Assembly: GCA_002269645.1 (NCBI GenBank) | Contig: NIVC01002699.1 | Span: 72,791 to 136,790, forward strand | Source: Macrostomum lignano | Taxonomy: Eukaryota | Reading direction: 5' to 3' | Length of the DNA: 64,000 nucleotides | Shown: piece by piece, positions 37,105 to 50,463 of the stretch | How positions within the stretch are numbered: position 1 is the stretch's first letter | Layout of the letters: every line of letters begins with the position of its first letter | Program-made: the position numbers and the translations under genes | The notes under the pieces: generated by a model | Database searches by the model: none | What the model was told of the DNA's origin: nothing | What the model saw: the letters and a program-made list of their open reading frames with translations, nothing else

Positions 37105-37440
37105 GCTACTTTGAGGTACTCTGTGCGCTACTCTGGCTACTCTCTGAGCTACTCTCTGAGTTACTCTCTGAGCTACTCTCTGAGCTACTCTCTGAGCTAC
37201 TCTCTGAGCTACTCTCTGAGCTACTCTCTGAGCTACTCTCTTAGCTACTCTCTGAGCTACTCTGAGCTACTCTCTAAGCTACTCTCTGAGCTACTCTCTT
37301 AGCTACTCTCTGAGCTACTCTGAGCTACTCTGAGCTACTCTGAGCTACTCTGAGCTACTCTCTGAGCTACTCTGAGCTACTCTCTGAGCTACTCTCTGAG
37401 CTACTCTCTGAGCTACTCTCTGAGCTACTCTGAGCTACTG
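37105..37440. repeat. 12/10-bp (CTCTGAGCTACT)n array, copy 1
   Basis: Directly visible. Confidence 0.95.
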
Positions 37441-37639
37441 TAGTTTTTTCCTGGCCTCAACAGCACACTTTTCTTCACATATGTAGTCTCGCTACCTGAG
37501 ATGACATTAAGAAATCCATTCCCAACGCGCAGGACCATCGCATGAATCTTAGCGTGGAAGTCCAACAGGTGGCACTTAAGGTGGCCGCACATCAGAGAGA
37601 AATTCTTCTGTCTGTGCTCATTTCCCTACTCAACTGCCT

Positions 37640-37900
37640 GCCTGTGCCTTTGCCCGACGCCCCCTCCCCTGCTGTCTTCTCTGTCAATCTTTAACCCTCT
37701 CTGCCCAAGCGGTGCAGAATGGCCGTCACACTACCATCTGGAGGGCTCCCAGGTTGCTGTGACTGCTGTCAGGGAATCGGTGGTTCCTGTGCTCACATTT
37801 TCTCGCCTATGGAGTTCGGTTTCTTCTCGAAGGCCAAAATCTGCTTCACTCCAACTATGGGATCGAATAGAAACTGGGTGTGAGATCATTCTTATATGGG
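37640..37900 (-). mobile_element. Possible decayed LINE apurinic endonuclease fragment
   Basis: A minus frame reads DSLTAVTATW...PLGQRGLKIDREDSRGGGVG, similar to the APE consensus DIIAVTETW...PGY..R.DR..RGGGVA. One in-frame stop. Confidence 0.3.
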
Positions 37901-37939
37901 ACTTAGTTCTTCATGATCTGAATGGTCTATGATTAAGTA

Positions 37940-38470
<531 letters not shown>

Positions 38471-39111
38471 TGATGTGAGTGGGTGATTGCCTGACTATCT
38501 AGATTACATCAGACCAGTGAATGAAGAACAGTGTACTATGGAGTCATTAGCAATCAAAAGCAGCATTTCTACATTTTCAAAGATATTTTCCTTAAACTGT
38601 AATTCGCACTCAATTAGGACAACTCCGTCATCGCCTCTCAGCATCTTCTCGCCAATTCAATCACTGAACAAAATTAATCGCAATCCCGCGATAAAAATGA
38701 CAATAAAAATGACTGTGCCATATTTTTCATTAATCATTTTTCTCGCTCTCCAATCGATGGTTGAAATTTATCCCCAACGATAATCCAAGATTAATCTCTG
38801 TGATGCCAGGAAAGGAAATGGGCCAAGTATCATTCCTGACTGTTTCCGTGGATAGCTCTGGCGGCAATAAGAGATGCCCAATGCGGACTGAAGAAGACAG
38901 GAAGGAAGACACCAATGAATCATCAATCTTTGAAGGGGGGCAAAGGTTCCATTGGCATTTCCTGTCTTACAGATTGTTTGTTCGTCCCGCAGTTACGGCA
39001 CATGGTTATTGATTGTCAGAAATTTGTACCGCTTGCCGTTCATGGCAGATACTCGAATATAACCCTAATCTTATTGTTCAAGTCAGCTAGGGCTCAATCG
39101 GGGATGTTTTA

Positions 39112-39560
39112 AGCTACTCTCTGAGCTACTCTCTGACTACTCTCTGAGCTGAGCTACTCTCTGAGCTACTCTACTGAGCTACTCTTACTCTCTGAGTACT
39201 CTCTGAGCTACTCTCTGGAGCTACTCTCTGAGCTACTCTCTGAGCTATCTCTGGAGCTTACTCTCTGAGCTACTCTCTGAGCTACTCTCTGAGGCTACTC
39301 TCTGAGCTACTCTGAGCTACTCTCTGAGCTACTCTCTGAGCTACTCTGAGCTACTCTCTGAGCTACTCTTGAGCTACTCTCTGAGCTACTCTCTGAGCTA
39401 CTCTATGAGCTACTCTCTGAGCTACTCTCTGAGCTACTCTATGAGCTACTCTCTGAGCTACTCTCTGAGCTACTCTCTGAGCTACTCTCTGAGCTACTCT
39501 CTGAGCTACTCTCTGAGCTACTCTGAGCTACTCTCTGAGCTACTCTCTGAGCTAGTCTGA
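39112..39560. repeat. 12/10-bp (CTCTGAGCTACT)n array, copy 2
   Basis: Directly visible; many single-base indels at 39120-39300. Confidence 0.95.
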
Positions 39561-40414
39561 GCTAAAGAAAAACAGCTGATTCAGCCTCCCATAAGCAGAC
39601 CCTGCATAAATCAACTCTACACAAACATCAGTGGAGATGCCGCCATCCCCCCAGCAAAGCCAAACATGAGAAGCCTCAATCCATTGCCCGAGTGCTTCCA
39701 GCAGCCGGTATCCCTGTTTGCTGATGGTAACTTTTTTAGCTTTAAGTAAACCGCGCTGAGGCAGCCCGAGCCGTCTTCCTGGTCAAGCGAGTCTCTGCAT
39801 GACCAATAGAAAATTCCCAGTGGGAAAATTAACTAAAAACAGAACACTGACCGGGACCTCATAATTTTGGACACATTCAAACAAAACTTAGCACAAGAAC
39901 TTCATTTCACTTACCAGCGTTTTTATGGCAAAATTATTTCATGTTGCAATTCATTTTGCTTCTAAAAAGAAACCGTGTTTCAATCAATGATATATATTAA
40001 TCGGATTATGAATTGTTGTTGAAAATGGCTCAGAGGCAAGAGACAGTAGTGAGAGAGATTAGAGCAAGGAGGGCCGGTGCACTTCTTGCAGTTGCTGTTG
40101 CAGTTGCAGCTAAAAAATAGTGCGGGGAGGGTAGCTTTTGGCCCAATCCCCACTAGCTGCCGACTTTTCCCCACTCCCTCTAATCCCTCCCCCTCTCTCT
40201 CCCTCCAGTCACAGCGCTGCAATTCTCAACTTTGAATTGTCAAACTGCGCGGCAACTTGATTGGTTGAATAGCTATCAGACTGCAGTGCGTGACTCACCG
40301 GGCCGCTGCAATATTGCGGCACAGTCCGCATTCGTGAGAACCGTCATTTGTTTCCTCAATTCTGGTGTCTCCAAGCAGCTTAACCCTGAAGATATGGTTT
40401 ATGGGTCCTTCTTC

Positions 40415-41150
40415 CACTCTCCTGTCTCTCTATCCAACTCTCCTGTCTCCCCTCTCTACCTCTCCTGTCTCCCCTCTCTACCTCTCCTGTCTCCCCTCTC
40501 TACCTCTCCTGTCTCCCCTCTCTACCTCTCCTGTCTCCCCACTCTACCTCTCCTGTCTCCCCTCTCTACCTCTCTTGTCTCCCCTCTCTACCTCTCCTGT
40601 CTCCCCTCTCTACCTCTCCTGTCTCCCCTCTCTACCTCTCTTGTCTCCCCTCTCTACCTCTCTGTCTCCCCTCTCTACCTCTCCTGTCTCCCCTCTCTAC
40701 CTCTCTTGTCTCCCCTCTCTACCTCTCCTGTCTCCCCTCTCTACCTCTCCTGTCTCCCCTCTCACCTCTCTTGTCTCCCCTCTCTACCTCTCCTGTCTCC
40801 CCTCTCTACCTCTCTTGTCTCCCCACTCTACCTCTCCTGTCTCCCCTCTCTACCTCTCTTGTCTCCCCTCTCTACCTCTCTTGTCTCCCCTCTCTACCTC
40901 TTCTGTCTCCCCTCTCTACCTCTCCTGTCTCCCCTCTCTACCTCTCTTGTCTCCCCTCTCTACCTCTCTTGTCTCCCCTCTCTACCTCTCTTGTCTCCCA
41001 TATCTACCTCTCCTGTCTCCCCTCTCTACCTCTCTTGTCTCCCCTCTCTACCTCTCCTGTCTCCCCTCTCTACCTCTCCTGTCTCCCATATCTACCTTTC
41101 CTGCCTGCCATATCTACCTCTCCTGTCTACCATCTCCACCTCTCCTGTCT
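40415..41150. repeat. 22-bp CT-rich minisatellite (TCCTGTCTCCCCTCTCTACCTC)n
   Basis: Directly visible. Confidence 0.95.
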
Positions 41151-41428
41151 CCCTAATTCACTTCTTCTGTCTTTTGTTTTCTGAATATTGCAACAAAAAA
41201 TTCCAGTGGCGACTACAGGAATTTGCGGAGTTGCAAAATTTCCATCTTGAAAATATCCTGACTGGATAACGACACATTCAATCTGACAAGGGTGACAAGC
41301 ATTGTGCTGAAAAATAAGCGATAGAAACCTCTGTCAAGAACATTCTTAAATAGAGAGTTGAACTGGAAGGGGATTAAGGATATTTTAGTGACAAAGTGAT
41401 TAACGACCTTTCGACCTTTTATAGAGTA

Positions 41429-43831
41429 TGATGTAACCGCCCTTGTCGCCTGTCCGCTCCGTAGAGAGACGAACGCATGACTAGAGGGGGCAATGACCGT
41501 AGGCTGCCTATGACCGGGCAATGACCTGACGGACCTCCAGCACCAGACTGTCCCGCCCACATGATTGGTAGCTTTGGTAGCGCTTTGTGACCAGAGGGCC
41601 AAGGACCCACATGGACCCCACCTGTAGCCAAGGTGCAATAGTTGGTCACTCGGTCATAGTATGACCGAGTGGCTGCCACCACTCTATGTGACCTGGCGCA
41701 CCTGGATCTTTCTACCAGACCTCTCGAGGCTAGAGCCCCGCCTGGGATGGTTACCAGGAGATTTAGGCTAACAGGGGAGACACATGCAGCCGAGTACAGG
41801 GACTCTGCTTGGGGCATGATCGGGAACTCTGGGCTCAATCTGGAGGATTTCTCAGCAGGGGATCCTTTGTGGCTGTGAGCGAGGCTGACTTACGACCTTG
41901 ATTACTAAGAGTAGTATGAGGCGAACATGTTACTGTCTACAGTTTAGATTGCTCAGGGCGAAGGGACGCGTCAGCATGGGGTTGCAACCTTCCTACTGCC
42001 ATTCTGTGCCAAGACTCGCTAATCCCTCTACTGCACGCACACGCAGCCCCGCAGCACGCACTCACAGGCAGGCTTTGCACGGGGAGAGGCCATTAGCTTA
42101 CCCAAACTTCCCTATGCTTTGCCACCCCGGGAGAAAGGCTTAGCAAGCCATGAGTGAAATGATGGTGAAAGAGTGAATAATGATGAGGTTAGTTAATAGT
42201 TAATAATTCGGCCCTTAGGCAAATAATCAGGCAATTAGGCGGCTTCACTATTAAGTAAAAATACAGCAAAAGATACGGTATTACAACTGGCTCAGCTCTC
42301 TAATCAGACAATGGAAAATAGGCAAACCCCGGATAAGCAAAGGCAATTAGAGCACAAATTAGTAACAGGAACTTACCGGCAGCTGCACAGAGAGAGAGAG
42401 AGGCGGAGTGACCGAGGGCGGCTGTAGGCTGCAGTCAGGCAGATGGTGAAGCGGCGATGCGCTGAGGCGACGAGGCGCTGGTGTAGATCAGGCGAAGCTG
42501 ATGATGCTGGGCGGTGTCAGACCGCTGGCCGATAGGCGAGCTCACTTGGGGAGCTGAAGATAACTTGGCGGTAACAGACCGCGGACCGGCAGGGATTCGT
42601 CTTATAGACGAATGGGTCAGAACTCAGTCTGACGGCAAGTCTAAAGAAAGACTAGGAGCCCGAAGGTGGGCAAAAGTTGAGACTTCTCATGCTTAACTTA
42701 ACTTAACTTGATAAGTAATTCCGGCGCCTCAGCCATTGAAATAGGCTCTTACGCCACTAGATATAAATAAGTTTCCTGAATAGGGAGTGTACTAATGTAC
42801 ACTAAAAGCCAAGTTAGACTATAGAGGACTGTACAGGGCAAAGTCATAAAAACCAAACCTCCCCGAGACTTCTCATGCCGAAAACCGCCTCCTTTTATAG
42901 CCTTCCCAGCCGCCGCTCCAAGGTCGTTTCCATGGCTCCCTCTCTCTAACTGGCTGCCGGCCGAATGACGTCAGAATGAGTCATGATGAGAAACATGAGA
43001 CCGGCATAGCAACATGAGAAATAGGGAAATTGCGCAATCCGGAGGTGGGGTGGGGGGATAATTGGCGCAGCGGGTGGTCGCGAAAGTGTTGCGCAAGCAA
43101 ACATTGAGAACAATGGGGCCGGGGTCGAGAACAAAGGAATTGGAAATCGGGGATAATTGAGGAGAATCAAGGACAATGGAAAAGTAAACATTGGAGAAAA
43201 GGTGATAATTAGGTGCGAAAACGAGAACAAAAGAAAGAGAAAATCGGAGAAAATGTGATAATTGGTGGGGGTCGAGAGAACAAAAGAATCAAAAACGAGA
43301 ACAATAGAAGCGGAGGTGGGGTGGGTGTCGCATGAGAAATTTGGGGAGGAGAACAATGGCATGAGAAAAGGTTGCGCAAGAGAGGGGGATGAGTCATCGA
43401 TGAGTCATCGGGGGGAAGAAGGGGTCACACGACTTGCGTCACCGTTTGGGAGTTTGGGAAAGGATGGGAGGACGGTGAGCACACAACATACTGTAAGTAG
43501 ATGTAGAGAAAGAGGGGACAGCGCAGGAAAAGAGTGCAGAGAGAGACAAAAAGAGGGGGATAGGGGAAGTACCAGAAGAATAGGGTGGAGTGCAGGGGAG
43601 ATAAGGTAGAGGGGAGGGTACAGAGAGGGACAGGGAGCTCCGGAAAGACATGTGTGGCGGCAGGGGAGACGGAACCAAGGCAGCAGGGGGGTGCAGCAGA
43701 GCGGGAGTCTCCAGGCCTGGTCGGAAACCTGGCCGAGTCTCGACGGCTCTGTGCAGGGGGGTACACGGGATAGGAGGCACTTACGAAAAAGTTCCCATGC
43801 CCTATCCCGCGACCAGAGCGTGGTTACATCA
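41429..43831 (-). mobile_element. Solo LTR (Gypsy-like), 2403 bp
   Basis: Perfect 10-bp terminal inverted repeat TGATGTAACC...GGTTACATCA (TG..CA ends) and 4-bp TSD AGTA (41425-41428 and 43832-43835). No gag/pol. Orientation is inferred from a minus-strand TATAAAA at 42893-42899. Confidence 0.75.
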
Positions 43832-43892
43832 AGTAATATAATTTTACGCTAAGATTTCTATTTCTATTTTCCTATATAAAATTGCGCTGAGA

Positions 43893-44545
43893 AGTCAGTC
43901 AGTCAGTCAGTCAGTCAGTCAGTCAGTCAGTCAGTCAGTCAGTCAGTCAGTCAGTCAGTCAGTCAGTCAGTCAGTCAGTCAGTCAGTCAGTCAGTCAGTC
44001 AGTCAGTCAGTCAGTCAGTCAGTCAGTCAGTCAGTCAGTCAGTCAGTCAGTCAGTCAGTCAGTCAGTCAGTCAGTCAGTCAGTCAGTCAGTCAGTCAGTC
44101 AGTCAGTCAGTCAGTCAGTCAGTCAGTCAGTCAGTCAGTCAGTCAGTCAGTCAGTCAGTCAGTCAGTCAGTCAGTCAGTCAGTCAGTCAGTCAGTCAGTC
44201 AGTCAGTCAGTCAGTCAGTCAGTCAGTCAGTCAGTCAGTCAGTCAGTCAGTCAGTCAGTCAGTCAGTCAGTCAGTCAGTCAGTCAGTCAGTCAGTCAGTC
44301 AGTCAGTCAGTCAGTCAGTCAGTCAGTCAGTCAGTCAGTCAGTCAGTCAGTCAGTCAGTCAGTCAGTCAGTCAGTCAGTCAGTCAGTCAGTCAGTCAGTC
44401 AGTCAGTCAGTCAGTCAGTCAGTCAGTCAGTCAGTCAGTCAGTCAGTCAGTCAGTCAGTCAGTCAGTCAGTCAGTCAGTCAGTCAGTCAGTCAGTCAGTC
44501 AGTCAGTCAGTCAGTCAGTCAGTCAGTCAGTCAGTCAGTCAGTCA
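43893..44545. repeat. (AGTC)n microsatellite, ~650 bp
   Basis: Directly visible and essentially perfect. Confidence 0.98.
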
Positions 44546-44942
44546 GGCTGCAATGGCTACAGGAAACCACCCCTCGACCTCTGTAGAGTATGGAGCCAAT
44601 ATACAAGTCGGATTACCTTTCATCTGTTGGATTTGAGTCAAATCAAGTGCATATGTACTTATCAATCAGTTTATGCTAGTAACTACAAATTGCGCGCTTG
44701 TGCCATGAAGTGTTTGTATATCAAACTGCACGCCTGTACAGCATTCCGTTATTATTCAAATGTTAGTTAACTGCAGTGTAAAAAGTTGCTTACACTACAT
44801 ATCGGATATTGCACCACTATATAATACTTCAATGAGTTGCTACAATTTATGCGCAGAATCGTTTAGAGAGGAACAAAATTATTTAGAGAGGGCTTGATAT
44901 GCTAAAGACTCTACTCAAAAAATAAAATCTTTACAAAAGTTT

Positions 44943-45015
44943 CGACCCAGGCAGGACTCGAACCTGCAATCTTCTGATCCGAAGTCAGACGCCTTATCCA
45001 TTAGGCCACTAGGCC
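44943..45015 (-). tRNA. tRNA-Arg (anticodon TCG)
   Basis: 73 nt: GGCCTAGTGGCCTAATGGATAAGGCGTCTGACTTCGGATCAGAAGATTGCAGGTTCGAGTCCTGCCTGGGTCG. Cloverleaf with A and B boxes, anticodon stem TCTGA/TCAGA, and a TTTT terminator just downstream. Confidence 0.97.
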
Positions 45016-46044
45016 ACGAGTCACGAGAAAGGAGAAAGCAGAAGTCTATCTAAACATCCAATGCTTTCCTGATTTTTTCATCTAGGAATGCAATGTATAA
45101 TAGGAATGGGGGATGAAGAGCAGTCTTTTATACTTATACATTAAAATCATAAAGATAAAGACTTTAAAGTTCCAACCAAAGTCGTAAGAATGAAACAAAG
45201 CCGAAACGAAAGGTTACATACAGACTTAAAGACGAAAAAGTTGTTATAACATTGTGACGAATTAAACTGGAATTAACTTGGAATTTTTAGCAACAAAGCA
45301 CTATCTCTCATGATTTCTAACCTAAAATACATGTATGATTGATCATGGATGATCGATTTAGCTATCTATGAAAAAAAATTGTTTGTTTTTCTCCAGCATC
45401 GAGCGCGTGTAGTAAACCGTCTACTGTTTAGTAGTAATGATGAAATATGGTTATCTAATTTTAACAGGACGTTAAAATGTGTATTTATTAAAAACTCAAC
45501 ATTTCAAATTCACTCAGCTCTAATTTTATAGACGTTTTGGCTTTTTGATGTTTAGCAAATCCTTTTCTCAACTCTCTCAATTATTTAGCCTAGCTCAACT
45601 ATTGCTATCTATGCATTAAACGAGGAATTGTCAATCAAGGTTGAGGTTGTCCTTCTCTCAGTTCTCTGCGCTTGTAAATAAGGAAAAATCATGAGATAAG
45701 TTAAGACACACGAGGCCATTAGCTTAATATTGGAACACGTTTAATTGTAGAAGTATAAAGCACTAAGTTAAGCAACAAAAATCTAGCCAAGTAAAGGTTA
45801 TAGCTAATTGACAAGATAAAATAATACACAACCTTGCATGTATACAATGTTAAGCTATTATAGAACAAAATGTGTTCACGGGAACATAATTTTTTTAAAT
45901 GAGGTAATCAGTTTGTTAAAATCAATACTTTTACAATCCAATATTCAATATAATAGTTGATACAGTACTTCACCTGTTAACCTAGAGTTCTAACAATAAT
46001 AACAATAATAAAATATCATATCAAAAATCTTAAAAAAAGTTTGC

Positions 46045-47559
46045 CTAGATGATTAAAACAAAAAACGCTGTCGCTAGGCAACCAAATGCGGTTGCCATGG
46101 CAACTGATTCCGGCTTGTTAATCCCATTGTTGGCAACAATCTGCCTGTAAACTTTCCTGCTAGACTCAATGCTAGAATCTTCGGCTAGAGTGTCCCAGCA
46201 TTGAGTCATGTTTCCCAGAAATTCCCCTTGTCCTTCATCCAGACGACACTTGAGTCGTCCCTCGCCAACAGAATTTCTTCCGTAGCAACTGTACTCGCCA
46301 GCCGGCAGGGTGTCAGTTGAGCAGTCGGACACCAGGTCAATGTAGGGCTCGGTTTCGATCGTCTCAAAATGGCCGGACATTGTCCGACAGACGGCAGGCG
46401 AGTGCGGCGAGGTTGGCGGCCTGAACTCGAGACTCTCAACCTGAGGGTAGCCCCAGAATCGACACACGATACGGCGACCCCGTCCATGTTCTGTCGTGCG
46501 ATTTTTCACAATCAGTGCCGAATGAATTCGGCGTTGAAGGCCGATGTACTTTACAATGTCAACCCTGGACCAGCTGGTAGGTTGATAGTCCGATTCTGGC
46601 TGTGGCTGCCCGTTTCTGAGTGGTGATCGAGGTCATTGGGACAGACAGTTGCATCATGTATGTACTTTTGATTCCTAACTGGATATGATTCTCAGCTAAA
46701 ATGTTTAGGACACTTACGAGTACATTCTCTTAAAACCTTAGTCAAGGTGACTGATCTAGTTTAGGTCTCTTATATTCTCTGAAGGCCTTGGGAGTCCTTT
46801 TCTTCATATAGAACCTTAATTAGGTCCTTAAAAACCTTAGTTAGGTAACTTCTATTCTTAGAAATCTTAAGTAGGTCACTTATTCTTCCTTAATTTTTCC
46901 TATACACAACTTTTAATTTGGTCGCTGGTTTTTCTAAGAAAACTTTGACTATAGGTCCACTTTTCTTGCCAGAAAACTAAGCTTGAATAAATTCTATTCT
47001 TGAAGAACTTCTTTTTTAAAGAAAACCTCAACTACGTGTAGGTCTTTTTCGTTGAAAACCTCAGTAGGGTTACTTCTATTATGTAGGTCACTTCTTTTCT
47101 TAGAAGCTTGTTTTGTTGGGTCACTTTAACTCTACAAGGAACTCTACAACCTTCATTTAATTCTAATTGCCTAAAATCACTATCGATACATATCGGTAGC
47201 TAGCCAGTCACTATATGTCAAGTTAGGCCTTACACTCGCACACTCAGCCGGTAGCGGCCCTCGAAGTATCCCGAAGCCCTTCGACTGTACCGCCTGCCGA
47301 CGTGCACCAGCCGGAAGTCAGCAGACGGAAGCTGTCGGTACCATCGGAAGCTGGTATTAGTCAGACTCCACCGCTGCATCACTGATTGTCCGGTGCCGAT
47401 TGCTCTAAAGTGCACAGTCTCATTGGCCATCGGTCTCAATGGTCTCCAGGTGAAATCGAAGTTAAACACGTCGTTCTCATTGACAGCGACGATGCTTGGA
47501 GTTGAGTCAGCCGATAGGAAATGGTTGCTAAGCAGCAGGATTAGCGTTGACAACAGCAT
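46045..47559 (-). CDS. Secreted Ig-like domain protein, probably GPI-anchored (298 aa)
   Basis: Exons 47234-47559 and 46045-46615 with a phase-2 junction (..LSVRV|NGQPQ..). Signal peptide MLLSTLILLLSNHFLSA, Ig-like IVCRFWGYP...GEYSCYGRNSVGEG, and a terminal hydrophobic stretch with no cytoplasmic tail (MATAFGCLATAFFVLII*). Confidence 0.75.
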
Positions 47560-47759
47560 TGCTGCGGAAGTTGTTGATTTTTTTACTCTCGTCGTTGGTC
47601 TTGGATAAATCAAATGCAAATACCCAGGGAATTTCCGTGATCTGTGATCCCACCCATTAAGGTCTTTGATCAACCCATTAAGGTCTATGATCAACCCATT
47701 AAGGTCTATGATCAACCCATTAAGGTCTATGATCAACCCATTAAGGTCTATGATCAACC

Positions 47760-50463
47760 TGCTGTTTGGTATTCTATTCACCAGCGTAGCTTGCGAAATG
47801 GCCTGCAGAGCAGGCCATAGACTATTTCAGCATATTTTTTACACCCCCGTAGCCTGCGATAGCCGGCGGATTAGCTTATACTCGTAGCAATAAAGGATAA
47901 ACATCAAAGCAAAAAACAAAGTGGAGTGGGGTGGATGGACGGGTGGGTGGGTATAAATGACACAGTAAAATTGTGGGATTCATCAAATCAAGAAATCTTG
48001 AAGCTACATTATCAAATTCAAGTGCCAATTAATTGATTAAATCATCAGCAGCTTTATTTTGTGCAATACTTTCCGAGTGTCGGAGAGTGTTTGCATGGCT
48101 GCGGCTCAAGTGCAATTTGATCCGGATACTGACTCCGAACTAGAGGAGGAGGAAGGCTGGCTAACAGCGGACGAGGGTGAAGATGAAGAAGAGGAGGACC
48201 TGCATCTCCAGCCAAATGAAGACGCCGGAGGCTTGCCAAATGATGCTTGGGTGGCACGGGAAGCTGGGCAGGATCAACGGCCAGATGCAGAGCCCGAGTT
48301 CTTGGGAATGCCTGGTGTGGATCCTGACTTACCGAGGCCAGAGACTGCCGATGGCGATCCAGCTGCGTTTTTCAAGCTGTTTCTGACTGCTGACCTGCTG
48401 CAACAGCTCTGCGCTTGGACCAATGCGCGGGCGTGGCGCAAATTCGACGAGCTACAAGCATCGATGCCAAACCTGCCTCAAAGGTTCTCTGCGTGGAACT
48501 GTGCCAAGAAGTTTGTCGCCATGTCGCTTCCTGGACTGTGCCAAGAAGTTTTTCGCCATGTCGCTTTACATGGGAATAGTTAAAAAGCCCGAGATTGCCA
48601 ACTATTGGAGCAAAGATGATTTCTACACAACACCTTTCTTCCAACAACTCGCTTGCCTGACAAGTGACAGGTACCAACAGATCAGTAGCCAGCTGCGCTT
48701 CTATGACTGCAACAACTTCGATGGAAACGACCCGCTAGCAAAGGCAAGACCATTTATTACGCGTGTAGCTGAGATATGTCGCAGTGTGTACATGCCAGAA
48801 AAAGAAATTAGTGTCGACGAAGAGCTTGTTCTGTTCAGGGGTCGCGTCATGTTTCGTCAATATATTCCATCCAAGAAAGCGCGATATGGCATCAAACTGT
48901 ATTGTCCCTGCGAAGCTAGATCCGGTTACGTCAGCAACTTCTTAGTGCACTCTAGTAGAGCTGAGAATGAGCGATTCGGTCAAGGTCTCGGGTGTGGGGG
49001 GCTGTCTCTGAGTGAGAAAGTCCTGGTGGAGGCAGTTAGGTACGTATTGCATGGATTTAGGTTATCACATCTTCTGCGATAGCTGGTTCGGATCTTATCG
49101 TCTTGCGATGTATCTGCTGCAGCGGAGCACCATGCTGACATGCACAGTTCGCGCCTATCGCGGTGTCCCAGATGGCCTTCGTGGTATCCAGGGAAACCAA
49201 GCTCCAAGCTACATGTTTATGCGCAAAGGAAACGTGCTAGCGTTGAAAATAGTTGACAGGAAGAGCTCGGGCCTAAAGAAAGTTTACTTCCTTGACACGC
49301 AAGGCGTAGCCCAACTTCACCCTGTTCACCGAATCGTGCGAAACGAACTGGTCATCCAGCAGAAGCAACAGACAGTTGTGTCGTACAACAGATTTATGGG
49401 TGGTGTCGACAGGCTGGACTCTGCCTTGCAGCCATACAACCAATGCCGGCGGACTCAGAAGTGGCCCACAAAGCTCGGCGCGCACCTTTTTCTTGTACTG
49501 GCCAGAAATGCATGGGTTGTGTACCGATCGTGCGGAGGTACACTGGAGTTTTTAAAGTTTTTGGAGACCATCATCAAGAACTTTATCGACTCCTCTGGAC
49601 CAGGTCGTGTAAGAGCTGCTCGGGCACAGCAGCAGCCAGCAGTGGCTCACCAACAGCACTCGCTGAAGCGCATTGAAGCCACCGAAGCGCAAGCCCGACC
49701 AACGAAGCGGTGCAGGCAGTGCTACAAGAACGGCCAGGCCAAGAAAACAGTCTTCTGCTGCGGATCATGTGAAGGCAACCCTGGACTGTGCGCAGCCCCC
49801 TGCTTTGCCGACTGGCATGCCGCTCAGGTGTAACTTAAATTTGTTTTTAGTTTTCAAAGCCAAAGGTAGCTCATATTTAATTGACAAACAATATGCGGCA
49901 TAACTTCGGTTTCCCACTCTAAATTATTTTCCGGATTCTTTTAAACTTACAGTCTAAAAATTTAAAAGAAGTAAAAAAGTAAAAGGTAAAAAGTCAACAC
50001 GGCACAATATAATAGTCCAAACTCCAAAGCTAAAAAATGAAGCATGTTTTTTTTAATTCCTAATCTGGAAAGGCCGGAAAAAAGCAGTAACGCATGTTTA
50101 AAAGCAATAAAGTATTAATGCCTGAAAATCCAGTAAAAAATTTATTGCGGGAAACCGAATTTATGCCCGATATGCCATCTGGGTATAAACAGGTTATGTT
50201 ATTGTTGCTGTTTAGCTGTTAAACATTGTTTATACGTTATAGCAATTTATCTTTTTGATTTTTACTGCTTCTTATTAAAAATGACTACATCAGATAGAAA
50301 AACTCGTTGACCGTGATCTACAAAATGTTTTCTGTATAGAAAATAGTCATGGCCTGCTCAGCAGGCCAAAGCCGCAAGCTACGGTTATGCAGACTTATTT
50401 TTCGAAACAGCATCCAAATGATTCGCAAGCCATAGACCATGAGCTATGCTCGCATCCTCGGGG
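47760..50463 (+). mobile_element. piggyBac transposon with truncated left end
   Basis: The right end is ...GCATCCTCGGGG followed by TTAA (50464-50467). Subterminal inverted repeats 47760-47828 and 50341-50412 match imperfectly, but no left TTAA-CCCC terminus is present. The element interrupts a TTAA-containing 21-bp tandem repeat that continues on both sides. Confidence 0.9.
48095..49833 (+). pseudogene. piggyBac (PGBD) transposase with two frameshifts
   Basis: Acidic N-terminus, FFKLFLT, MGIVKKP..NYWS, catalytic ISVDE / FCDSWF / MGGVD, and the C-terminal Cys-rich domain CRQC..CGSC..PGLC..PCF..WH. Frame breaks at the 37-bp duplication (48498-48566) and at ~49045-49052. TATAAA at 47952 and AATAAA at 50106. 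Confidence 0.9.

Noticed and set aside
38487-39112. Stop-poor frames on both strands as a gene
   Set aside because: No consistent splice structure or recognisable domain; each frame has stops.
43831-45015. tRNA-targeted insertion of the LTR element
   Set aside because: The LTR lies ~1.1 kb downstream of the tRNA 3' end, beyond an (AGTC)n tract, rather than at a fixed short distance upstream as in known Pol III-targeting elements.
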